From Negaprion brevirostris (taxonomy: Eukaryota): 64,000 nt of DNA. The notes beneath the pieces were generated by a model. The model was given only the letters and a program-made list of their open reading frames with translations, did no database searches and was not told the origin of the DNA. Shown in pieces: positions 11,586 through 23,279 of this stretch. Both the position numbers and the translations under genes were made by a program. The stretch spans positions 5,794,776 to 5,858,775 of the forward strand of contig JARDVH010000179.1 in NCBI GenBank assembly GCA_030324005.1, in the 5' to 3' direction. Positions within the stretch are counted from its first letter, which is position 1; every line of letters begins with the position of its first letter.

Positions 11586-11823
11586 CTGGAGGAGACACCA
11601 CCGAATGCTGGGTGAGGTGAGGGGGTGAATGCTGCTCAGGCAGGGGCGGTAAATGTGTCTGCAGCTCACTCTGGTGAGGAAGGTGCATCATAGGCTGTCC
11701 GAAGTGTGGCATGGCATCATAGGCATTGGTCAATATCTGCGGCTCAATGATCGGAAGCGAAGTAGGTACAAACTGTGGAGGCGACTGCTTCATTGGCTGC
11801 GGCTGCTGATGGTGGTGGTGGTG
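11586..11823 (-). CDS. brd4: BRD4 long-isoform exon (HHHHHQQPQPMKQSPP...QHSVVSPP)
   Basis: ctttag|CAC acceptor, CCTCCAG|gtttg donor, 238 nt phase 0-1; His tract and PEQHSPPHLTQHSVVSPP as in BRD4. Confidence 0.93.
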
Positions 11824-12329
11824 CTAAAGCAAGAGGGAAGAAATTCTTCATTAGACAGTGTTGAGTAATGAGTTGATGATATCACATTATTGGTTTAATT
11901 TTAACAAGATCATACACTGTAGTGCTCCCTTTCAAGATGCCCTGTGTATTTTTCTAGCATTCGTTTAATTAGTGTCAAACCCTGCCGATCACCTCACCCA
12001 ACATCTAATTGCCACCAATTTGCTTCCAGGTTTCATATGATGCCATTTTGGAACAAGCTGCTGGCATAATTAAATAACCCAGACATCATAACTCCACTCC
12101 ATATGGCCCTTCCTTTCACCAAAGCAGAAAGCAGCAGCTCTCCCACTTATTCAGTGAATAGGAATCAATTCCCGAGGACTGCAAGATTAAATAAATCATC
12201 ACTTCCCAATTTCTCTGCTGTAAAAAACTGGCCGCTGCATTGTACAGTTGCACCACTCCAAAGAATTGGATATGTAACTTCAAATAGCATGCACCGCGTG
12301 CTTACACTTTGAAACACTGGCCTTAGGAG

Positions 12330-12550
12330 GGGTAGGTACAGTAAGACTCAACACCAGGCTAAAATCCAACAGGTTTAATTGGTAGCACCAGTTTTCGAGC
12401 ACTGGCCCTTCATCAATTCAGTCACTAACCTGATGAAAGGGCAGCGCTCCGAAAGATCGGGCTACCAAATAAACCTGTTGGACTTTAACCTGGTGCAGAG
12501 AGACTTCTTGCTGTCTCTAACCCAGTCCAATGCCGGCATCTCCACATCTT
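12330..12550. mobile_element. Palindromic element with hammerhead core (Penelope-like pLTR remnant)
   Basis: Arms caccaggctaaaatccaacaggtttaattggtagc / gctaccaaataaacctgttggactttaacctggtg; CTGATGA-aagggcagcgctcc-GAAA at 12430-12454. Confidence 0.75.
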
Positions 12551-13099
12551 GGGAAGAGAGTGTTATATTGGATAAGCACAATCTAAAATTTTCTGAGGTG
12601 AGGGGAAAATTAAAACTTCCTGGGATGAGGTTTTTAATTTGACATCCTTCAGGGAAAAAAGGGGGAGAATTAGGGCAGGGCAGGACAAATTTATGTTGAT
12701 GCTGCAAATCGTGTCAGACTAAAAGCCACTTCAATGAGAAAATCGCTGATTTCCACGTGCTGAATGATCTGTTTTACTGTGCTCGAACACACCACAATCA
12801 CCCTGTCCTGCCCCGCTGCCCTTCCAGAAGCAAGGATCTTGCACAACCAACAGCAACACTAAAGTAAACTTTTCAGTCTTATGACAAAACCTTTGGCAAA
12901 ACTTCCTTTGGTGGTGCAGTTGGCTGAACGCGACCCTAGCTTCAGGAATCCACAGTACAATAAATTAAATAAAACGCAACAAACAGGCAATCAAGCAAAG
13001 CAGAGTCACAGTTTGGAAATGTTATCATTTGACTTGGTATAAAATAGCATCTGAGAAGAGTGTTTGACAGTATGAATAGATTTCACCAGCGAGCTGCAC

Positions 13100-13465
13100 A
13101 TAGGCATAAGAATAAGGTTTGTATTCCCTGACATTGAAAATTTAGGGGTGACCTGATCAAGGTGCTTTAAGTGTTAAAAAGATTTGATTTGAGTAAATAC
13201 AAACTGTTTCCTCTCCCTGGGGAGATTGCCAAGGAGTGGATGCAGTCTTAGAATTAGTGCCAGGCTGTTTAGAAGAGAATTCAGGGGTACTCGTGCCCCA
13301 TAAAGGTAGCAAAAATCTGAAACTCCTTCCCCCCAAATACCGTGGATACTAGTGGATTAACAAATTCTTGCAAGGGAAATGAAGTTGAGGTACAGATTAA
13401 CCATAATCTAACTAAACAGGAGAAGCAGGCTCGAGGAATAAAGAGCCTAACTCCGTCATTCCTAG
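13100..13465 (+). mobile_element. CR1-type LINE 3' fragment
   Basis: tttaggggtgacctgatcaaggtg..aaactgtttcctct..gagcctaactcc tail. Confidence 0.65.
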
Positions 13466-13702
13466 GGATATGCATGTTACAAAATTTACAGATTTTTGAT
13501 GATTTACCAGGAGTGCTGATAAACACGAGGGGAAGAAGTTGGCAGGTCTTGAACTTGTTTATTTAAACTAACACTTGGTGACACTTATTAAATTTTAACT
13601 TTTCAAGCATGGCACAATTATTTATGAAAATGTTTTCTGACATTCACATTTTTCAAATTCATGTCCATGTGCAGATTAAGAATGGCCTCTCTGTTCTGCA
13701 TG

Positions 13703-13962
13703 GGGCAGCACAGTGGTTAACACTGTTGCCTCACAGCACCATGGACCTAGGTTCAGTTCCCAGCTTGGATCACTGCCTGTGTGGAGTTTACATGTGTTTC
13801 CTCCCACTGTCCAAAGACACGCCAGTTAGGTGGATTGGCCATGCTAAATTCTCCCACAGTGTACCCGAATAGGCTCCGCCAGAATGTGGCGACTAGGGGA
13901 TTTTCACAGTAACTTCAATGCGGTGTTAATGTAAGCCTACTTGTGACTAATAAATAACCTTT
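13703..13962 (+). mobile_element. tRNA-derived shark SINE
   Basis: gggcagcacagtggttaacactgttgcctcacagc head; gactaggggattttcacagtaacttc..aataaataa tail. Confidence 0.88.
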
Positions 13963-14839
13963 AAAGCTTCTAACTTTAGGGATTTTACATAACACCAAGC
14001 AATCGAGAAGCAAAGAAAAGCATTTTTCCAGCATTTTACTGAGCTCTCTCATTTTTAAATTCCTCTAAGGCTCTAAAAATCTTTAACAAAAATACTATAT
14101 TACAATTCTCTTCCTTCCAAATGGAAAACAAACATTTACAGTCCCTTTTCTTCTTTACACTGCCCATCAGCATTATTCCTTCTGCACAAAACCTCTGACC
14201 AAAGCTGCAGCAAACAACCAACTTGCAAATAGTTTGGCGTCACTCGAGAGGTGAAAAGGAAGTGACCGACCAGAGAAGACACAGGCATCAGATTTCCCTG
14301 CTGCAAAATTAGCCCCAGTTTAATTCTGAGCTGATGAATAACTTGTGGGGGACAATGTGTGGGGGAAGGGAAAAGGCAATCCTGCACCTCTGAGATGCAT
14401 CATATTCCACAAGTGTGCAGCCCATAGGCAATCTCTCCCAGGCCTCCTCATCCCCACCCCCGCCAAAAGTAATATCTCAAGGTTAAAAACACAGTGATGG
14501 GGCCTTACTCGAGTCTTATGCGGAAAGCGAAAGCTGCAAGATCAAGCTCACAGTTACCGATGATCCCATTCTCAGGGGAAATCACAAAATGGGCCAATTT
14601 TTAAACACATCAGAAGAGCTGATTCCCTTGGCCAATAGCAGTGGAAACATTAAAGGTCAGGTGTGAGGAGGGAGAAGCAACAGAAAATGCAGTCAGAGCA
14701 GTAACAGCAGTGTCTGGTAAATTTACTTATTTTACGCAGGTTTTCAAAGTAGCAAGTGAAGAGATGTTAAATCCAAACCCTCCGACCCACCCCACAAGTA
14801 TACAAAGAGTAGCAGTCTCAGCCCATCGGTTATTCCTAC

Positions 14840-14901
14840 CTTCTTCTGCTCCCGTCCAGAGCGACTCTTGTGGCTGCCATGTTTGGCTTTAGGTGGCATC
14901 T
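14840..14901 (-). CDS. brd4: BRD4 first long-isoform exon (EMPPKAKHGSHKSRSGREQKK)
   Basis: cttctgcag|AG acceptor, AAGAAG|gtagg donor, 62 nt phase 1-0; human EMAPKSKKKGHPGREQKK. Confidence 0.93.
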
Positions 14902-16664
14902 CTGCAGAAGAGAGTTGAAATTGAGATGTGCTGGCTGACGGACAACCACATCTAATCCATACTGTACACAAAAGAGCTCCAGCTGACATTTTTTTCCTCT
15001 TTAAACAGCTCCAACAGAGGGCCTGCTCACAGCTGGTTACAGCAAGAGTTGTGTTCACGTCCCCAAAAAAATGCATAGCAGCCTTTGTTGTAGAGTAGGN
15101 NNNNNNNNNAATTTAACTTTTGCTTTTAAATAGGGATAGATTTCCACCAAACTCCCTCCCCCCCCCCACCCATTTCTTTGAACGGTCACCCGATCTCATC
15201 CACCTGTAGCCAACAAGGTAGGCACATGTTATGTCGTCAAGTGGCGTGGTTTGCCCAGTTGAAGATGTCCCCTCTGAATTGTCCCTCCTTTCTTTAGGAA
15301 CCTGAATTCTACATCGATAATATAACAAATATCCCCAGACCTGCTCAGCGTCATACTTGGTTCCACTTTTCTTATGAAATTAATGAGCATCTCAGAAATA
15401 CCTACTTCACCAGGGCACCTCGGTTTGCAAAGTCTTATTCTAAGAGAGAGATAGGCACCAAACGTGGGCAATTGGGACTAGCTGGGAGGGCGCCATGGTT
15501 GGCATGGACCGGTTGTGTTGTATTGCTGTATAACTATATTCTATTAAGATATGCATTGGCTGCACATTAATCTATTCCTTCTGTACTCAATAATTAAACC
15601 GCGCTAGTTCAAGATTTATGTTCCAGAAGCTCGTTCTTGCACTTTGGGTGCCGTCCTCTGCTCTGCCCCAATAAATTATGCCTCCTTTTCCTAATATAAC
15701 GGGATACAGGCATCACGTCTCTAGGTCTTATCGTAACTAGCTGCAAATGGACATTTTCTCTACTAGTAAAGAGATAGTCGACAAGTTCCTTTGCTTCAAT
15801 GTCTCCCCGTAGTGGGGCAGCTGTGGTTAAATAATCATTGTGCGTAATTGCGAATGCAAACCGTGCCCAGCAATCCTGTGAGCCGATTGCCCCATCTCTC
15901 ACAGGATTTGTGAATTGATCAAGCTGTGTCTTCTAAATTCAACAGCAGGCAGTNNNNNNNNNNCTCAGCTGTGCAAACAATATTTTGTCTGCTCACGAAA
16001 AACAATGAGCGTCGAGAGTCACTGAATCTGGTTAACTACATGCATGAGACTGTTTTTGCCCATTGTGCTACCAGCTGTTGATCTAAGGATGAGGAAATCA
16101 CAGGATCATGGTTTCCCCAAATGTAACGCAAGGGGAATGGCTGTCTTCAGCAGTTCATTTTAATTAGCATTCTCATTAACAGGATACATGTAGCACTGTC
16201 CTGTGGATTAATAGAATCACAATCAAATCCATTAAGGATTGCTTGTGGCATAGATAATAAGGTGATTTTTGAACGCAGGTTCAACACATTATAAACAAGA
16301 GTCAAGTCCTCAGGGGTTGAAGAAACACAAATGCTTACACCTCCTTGCACACAGACAGCATCATGGTATTTGTGGGCTTTGTCTTTTATGTGCTTTGTTT
16401 TTTCCTCCCCCAGAGAGCATGCCTACCACATAAATCTAGGTGGAGCACCTAATTGTATTATCTTGCAGAAAATCTAGTTAAATGACTCAAATACTTCCTT
16501 CAAAATAATTTACAGCAAATTTGAACACAAGTGTTTTGTACATGCTGAAAATTTACCAACAAAACAATTTTCTACCATTGTTTTCCCTTAACCATTATAA
16601 AAATATCTGTGGTCCAAAACAAAGCTGTCTTGCAATGCAGTAGAAAGCAGTACACATGGAAGGA

Positions 16665-16812
16665 AGGTGGACTGCTTAGGTACATTGTCCATGCTAAATT
16701 CTCCCTCAGTGTACCTGAACAGGCGCTGAAGTGTGGCAACTAGAGGATTTTCACAGTAACTTCATTGCAGTGTTAACGTGAGTCTACTTGTGACACAAAT
16801 AAACTTTAAACT
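16665..16812 (+). mobile_element. 5'-truncated copy of the same SINE
   Basis: catgctaaattctccctcagtgtacctgaacaggcg..ttttcacagtaacttcattgcagtg. Confidence 0.8.
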
Positions 16813-17039
16813 TAAAGGAAGTAACATTAAATTAAGTTTGAGGAAGTCCCTTAACTACACTGGCCGTAAGTGGAGTACCTCAGTCACAACAGAGTTTCCA
16901 ATCAGCTCCTCTCTCCATCCCTGGTTCAACTTTGTTAGTAGTTTACCCTGCAAAGTGTTTGCAACAAATGCCTTTGACCACAATCTTCTGCAGGTTGGAA
17001 ACTACAAGATTTAAAACAGAAATCATATATTCCAAAAGA

Positions 17040-17182
17040 GAAAATGCTTTGACAAAGGGTCATCTGGACTTGAAACATCAGCTTCTTTCTCTCCTTACAG
17101 ATGCCGCCAGACCTGCTGAGACTTTCCAGCATTCTCTCTTTTGGTTTCAGATTCCAACATCCGCAGTAATTTGCTTTTATCA
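17040..17182 (+). mobile_element. Penelope-like pLTR fragment with decayed hammerhead core
   Basis: TTGACAA-agggtcatctggactt-GAAacatc followed by cagatgccgccagacctgctgag, related to 53140-53355. Confidence 0.6.
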
Positions 17183-20100
17183 TGTGTACCAATTCGGATC
17201 ATAAAGTTTAAAATGGACTGAGTCTACGTGCACAGACAGCCCAAGAGATAAACGTATAGCATCCCAGTTGCTAAATGCCATACATGGACAAACATTCTGA
17301 AGTTGAGAGATCTATTACAAAAACCTGTACTTATATGGCACACATCTCAAGATGCAAGGAACAAATTTAATACCAAGCCATGGGGGGAATATTAAATAAA
17401 AGTAACCGGACGTTTGTTCTGAGAAATTTAAAGAAGAGTTGGGTTTAAAATGGACGGCTTCTGAGAATTTTGCTTTGAAACAGAACACTGAGGTTCTCAA
17501 TATGAACCTCTTATCTTTACAAAGCTCTGTATGAAGCTACCATAAGTAGAAATTAAATTAAATTTGTCTAAATAGGTAAAACTATTTGACAAAGCTGGAG
17601 CCATTGGCAAAATAAATAACGCTAAAGTTGTGCTTTTAATTAGGTAAAATATTTCTTGCAAATTTCTTTGTGAGATGGATTTTTTTAAAAATTGGACCTG
17701 CTGCAGGACATCTTTTTTAAGTTGTATGAATAAACCTGACAGGTACTTAATTACAAGAATCCACTGTTTTCTCTCAGTTGCATTTTACCTTCATGGGTAC
17801 CTTCAACTGCTCAGATATTGTTCCTTCAGCACAGCACCAAATGTAGTATAAATAGCATATAAATAGTATAAATATAAATTACCCACCTCCCATCTTTAAC
17901 AACAAACTGCAAAGCCATGAAGTTTCATCAAGCACCTATCAAACCAGTAGTTGTTTTTATTCCAGTTACCCGCATGCACTGTGTCACCATGACTAGTAAT
18001 TTTCTGTGAATGCTAACCTGAGTCAGTGCAAGAAGTGCATACCTAAAGAGCTTAGCTAACACATGCAATGCATCAAATTAAAGAGAGAGCGCGCGCAAGC
18101 AGGGGAGTGGAGGAGTGTGTCTTGAGATTTGTGTGTTCCCTCAGTGGAGAGGGAATGGCTGACAGCTTACAATTCGCCTCAACATTACTGGGCTAGTGGC
18201 GGAGACAGAAGTCAAGGTTCTCCACTTCAGTTCCATCTTCCATAAAGTCATACCAGGAAGTGCATCTGTGCAAACGTTCAGGAAGATGCCAGAATCAGGC
18301 AGTCATTAACTCAGAATAGAGATCAAACATTAAGAATGGCCACTGGGATGAATAGATACCACACCTTTGGGACAATACACGAGATCCAGCAACTTTAGAG
18401 GAGCAAACAAAAAATCTGAACACATGAAACATTACTTTCATTATCACCAATTTAGTTTAGAATTCAAATTGGACTGCTTATCAAATTGCTTTTATTCGTT
18501 TGTTGGCAGCTAGTGTGATGTACAGGACTCAGGCAAAAAGTATTTTTTCCTAAAACAGTGCATACTGCAACATCAGACTGAGAAACCCAATTAAGCTTGC
18601 CATGATTTTGCTTATTGCTACGCACAAGTGTAGGTTGGGAGTGCTAACAGCACATAGCCCAATATAAAAGCAGCTTGAGTTGCTCAACAGCAGAGCCATT
18701 CCAACATCACCAAAGATGTCCAAGGAGCGTGTGTCCATAGCAAACTTCAGCAGGTTAAGCCTTAATTTTGTCAGCTGCAGTCAGAGAAGCAAGCCAGCCA
18801 AAGGTGTGCCCTTATTTACATTCAACTCTTTCACCAGTAGATAAAATTATTTCACAATTCCCCAAAGAGCCTCCTTGATACACATTTGATGGGGTGCCAC
18901 ACACTCCATGTGCCAAAATGTAAGAAAGAGGATTTATTTTGAGTAGTTAAAACAGAATTAATTAGACCAGGCTGCTTTAAAACAGATCCCTTCAGGTTCA
19001 TAATTTATCTTGCTCGCTTGTGCCCAATCGCTTCACGTAAAGCTGAAGATTCCACGCCATTAATTCACTGACTTAACCATTCCAAAAAGCAAGTAGAATT
19101 TCTTTGCAATCCAAGGGTTTTGTGCTTTTTAAGGTTTTCCTTTTATCTGCTCCTGCTTTTATACAAACTGCTCCATTGACTCACTTGGCAAATTACACAC
19201 CAGGTATTGGTGATAGTGTAGGGAAGCTCCTAAACATTGTTTCTTGCAGTTGTTGGTCAGGCTAAAAGGATGAGTGGGCAAAATGAAAAAATTGGGAAGA
19301 CACTTCAATTCAGGCTACAATTGTTTTTCTCGCCCTGTGGAGCTGAGGTTTCTGCTTCCCAGCACCTTGACAGCTAATGGTTATGGTCACATTTTATTGG
19401 GTTTCAGATGAGTGCGTGTGAACAGGCAGTAATTTTCCTCATTTAACAAATTGCTCAGATGAGCAGCCAAACTGCAGCCACATATTTACACTGCAGCTAA
19501 CTGGTAGTTACTGAGGATGGGCCTATCATTTAGCCAACATCTCTCTTGGGGAAAAGTTCGACTTTTCAACAACTTTGAAAGCTGTGGCACAATCATCCTA
19601 TCACTGAGGGAAAACATGTTCGAATATCTCCAGTGGATGAAACTAAAAATCAAAACTAATTTGCACATCAGTGGGCAAGATGTGGGAGGAAACAAATGAA
19701 AATCAGTACAGGAGATTAATATGGCAAAGGTAAGTTCTCTAGAAACAACGATGCAAGTTTTCATATTTAACATGTTACATGACAACATACACAGCTGTTC
19801 AAAGACTTCTACATTTTTTTTAATGAGGGAATTATCACACTTGAGACTCCTCTATAATCAGATAATTAATTTTCAAGATACTAAAATGAACCAAATGAAT
19901 TCAGCATTTTGCTGACTATTCAAACAGAACCACAGAAATCCACACTGTTATCTTAGCAATGAATCATCTTTTGCATTTTCTTGCTAACATTAAAAGGAAA
20001 TGTATTAGCTCCTCTGCTATTCCCTGGTCTGGGAATTTCACAGGGCATTCAGGGAGTCACCAGAAATGCAGCATGGTGCAAAACACCATCATTTGCATAA

Positions 20101-20420
20101 AAGGAGCAGGCACCTCCACCAAATGTAATGTTCACAATGTTACCACCTGGTGATGGGTAGAAATATCAGCAGCAGCTGACATGGCTGGAGAGGTGAAGGG
20201 TTTTCAAATATTCTGCCAAATGTCTCAATACTCACTAAGGATTTGGCATTGGGACCCTATTTCTTAATTTTTGAGTGTGCCTGCGTCACTGATGTACTTT
20301 CTCTTAGCCACAAAAATCTTGGAATTTTAAGTTGAATCATCGAACATTCTTATAATCATTTTGTCTTTACAGCTTGCATCTTTCTTTTCCCAAAGGCACT
20401 GAGCTATGGAAGCAATTAAT

Positions 20421-20621
20421 ATGATGCGGAGATGTCAGCATTGGACTGGGGTAAGCACAGTAAGAAGTCTCACAACTCCAGGTTAAGTCCAACAGGTTTA
20501 TTTGGCAGCACAAGCTTTCACAGTCTCACTCCTCATTTGAAAAAAAGAACGAGATTGCAAAAGCTTGTGCTACCAAATAAACCTTCTGGTCTTGAACCTG
20601 ATGTTGTGAGACTTTTTACTG
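20421..20621. mobile_element. Palindromic element, same family as 12330-12550, opposite orientation
   Basis: cagtaagaagtctcacaac..ggtttatttggcagcacaagcttt / aaagcttgtgctaccaaataaacc..gttgtgagactttttactg. Confidence 0.75.
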
Positions 20622-21187
20622 AAGTTAATATGGCAGCCCCCTAATCTGGGCCAAGCTTGACTTTCGACCCAGCCATGCAGCACGGCATCAAAAGACATCT
20701 GCTCCCAATTAGAATTGGGAGTGGAATCGGGGCTGCAAATTGGCATCAACGACTTGGGGAGAGGAAGACTATGGGGATGGGGAGGAAAGTGAAAACAAAT
20801 GGGGCGAGGAAGGGAAGAGAATAAAATGGAGGGAACAGGGAATGATGACAGAACAAGAGAATGAAGGGTGAAGGAATGAGGCAGAGGGAGAAATGACCAG
20901 GGAAAATCAGCTGGCTTAACCGTTGTACAGTCAAGGAGAGGCACACCCTGTCTTCAGGCACAGCAGAAGGTAGCCCTTACAGTTAAGGTACTTTTTTTTA
21001 AATGGCTATTTCAATATTGTAGAAATGTTGACAGAATGCCAACCCAATTGAGGGAACTTGGGGGGAACTACACAAGGATATAAAAAATGGTTCAGAAATG
21101 CAATGTTCTGTCATTACCTCAATGCCAACAAGATAAAGTCTTGATCATCAAATGAACTTAACTTTAATTTACAATGCATTTAATAAA

Positions 21188-21620
21188 AACTTCATTTACA
21201 TTAGGTCTTTCATAACCACAGAACATCCAAAAGTATTTCACAACCAACTTTTGTAGCGTTGACACTACTGCAATGTAAGAAAATGGCAACCAATTTGCAC
21301 ACAGCAAGGTCTCACGAACAAAATGTGACTGATCAGACAACTGTGATGTTGGTTGAAGGATGAATGTTGGCCAAGACACAAAGGATAGATCCTTGCCCCT
21401 CTTGAAAGTCATGCCATGGGATCTTTATCATCCACCTGAAGAATGCAGACCAACTTAGGTTTAATATTTTGTCTGAAAGACTGTACCTCCGACAATATAA
21501 ACATCCTTGCCATACTGCACTGGAGCGCCAGTTTAGACTTTTGTGCTCAAATCTCTAGAGTAGGACTTGAACCCACAATCTTCCGACTCAGAGGTGTTTG
21601 TGCTACCTACTGAGTCACTG
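21188..21620 (-). mobile_element. Deu-type SINE, near full length
   Basis: tRNA head (ggacttgaacccacaatcttccgactcagagg on plus) and gccatgggatcttt..ccacctga central domain. Confidence 0.78.
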
Positions 21621-21839
21621 TTAACATCAGAGAGACTTTTTCATGCAGTTTACACAAAGTCAGCTACTGCATCCTATTGGTAACACTGATAAATGGAGTT
21701 TAAATTAGCCTGGTTAGTTTGACTGGACGGTTTATATTGCCTTTACCCCAGTTTTTCTTGATTTTCCTTTCAATGTTATTTAAAAAGAGCTGACGATTTA
21801 TGCTGACTTCACCTGTTATAATAACAGCTGAGCTTTAGA

Positions 21840-22080
21840 ATTGAGCAACCCCATGTGTTCAGCATTTAACCTGGGTTGACACATTTGTACAGTGCCAAGG
21901 GAGTGCAGCAGTGTTAATGTTCCAGCTTTCAAATGAGCCATTAAATCAATATCTGATAGACATAGGTATTAAAGGTCCCTGGTGCTTTTCAAAGGCAGGT
22001 TCTTAATATCTTGGCTAATACTGCTCCCAACCAACACCACCAGAACGATTACTTGGTCATTCATCTCAATGCTATTTATG
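21840..22080 (+). mobile_element. Deu-type SINE, degraded, opposite orientation
   Basis: cagtgccaagggagtgcagca..ctttcaaatgag..ccaaccaacacc is the reverse complement of the adjacent copy. Confidence 0.55.
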
Positions 22081-22139
22081 TTACTCAGCTTCCTACCACT
22101 TCTGCTTAACAAATGAACCTTTTGATTGTTTTTCTCTTT

Positions 22140-22475
22140 ATCCTTTCATAGGATGTTGGTGTCACTGGCAAGACCAGCATTGTTCTCCACCCCTAATGGT
22201 CCTTCTTCGACTGAGTGGCTCGATAGGCCATTTCAAACAGCAGTGTTGTGGACCCAGAGTCACATGTAGGCCTCGCCAGGTTAAGGGTGGCAGATTTCCT
22301 TCCCTGAAGGGCATAGTGAACCAAACAGATTTTCAAAATGTGACAATTGACAATGGCTTCATGGCTAGATTTATTAATTGAACTTAAATTTCAACATTTG
22401 CCATGTTGGGATTTGAATCAGTGTCCCCAGAGATTTAGTATGGGTCGTTGGATTACGAGTGCAATGACATTTTCA
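22140..22475 (-). mobile_element. tRNA-derived SINE family 2
   Basis: Reverse complement matches 22829-23181. Confidence 0.75.
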
Positions 22476-22828
22476 CTGGATATGATGCTATCCAAATGCA
22501 ATTAACTTCAACCTCAAATCCAACTTGCTAGTGTGTTTTGGGGTCTGTAACAGTTTAACTATATTGCATCTGAACACAGGTTGGATTTCTTGGGGATAGG
22601 GGGTGGTAGTGTGTTACTGCAGTTGCCTCAATGGGGCAGAATCAAAAATGCCGCCAGGTCCGAAGTGCTTTCCATTTTCTACCTCAAAGTAGAGTACTTC
22701 ATCCTTCATACACCACCGTGGCAAAAGTTGCAATTCTCCCAGAATTGTTCATGGAATAATGCTCCACCATGTCAATACTTTTATGCTGATCAAATAGGAA
22801 TTTGAAAAATAATAGTTTAACGTTCAAG

Positions 22829-23181
22829 GGAGGTGATGAACTCGTGATATTGTCGCTATTAACCCAGAAACTCAGATAATGTTTTGGGGACCTGGATTCG
22901 AATCCCGCCACGGCAGATGGTGGAAGTTAAATTTAATAACAAAAATCTGGAATTAAGAATCTACTGATGACCATGAAACCATTGTCCATTGTCATAAAAA
23001 CCCATCTAGTTCATCAATGTCCTTTAGGAAAGGAAATTTGCCAACCTTACCTGGTTTGGCCCACGTGACTCCAGAGCCATAGTAATGTGGTTGACTCTCA
23101 ACTGTCCACCAAGGATAACTAGGGATGGACAACAAATGCTAGTTACCAGCGATGCCCATGTTCCGTGAACAAATAAAAAAA
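22829..23181 (+). mobile_element. tRNA-derived SINE family 2, full length with A-rich end
   Basis: ggattcgaatcccgccacggcagatggtgg B box; ends aaataaaaaaa. Confidence 0.82.
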
Positions 23182-23279
23182 GATGCATATAAACACTTCT
23201 TGCTTCCAATATTTCACTCAGACATAACATACTAACATACCAAAAATTTAAGATTTATATTTGACAATTCCAAAAGCAA

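Noticed and set aside
13703-13780. tRNA-like A/B boxes here and in other copies
   Set aside because: SINE heads, not tRNA genes: no complete cloverleaf, followed by SINE bodies
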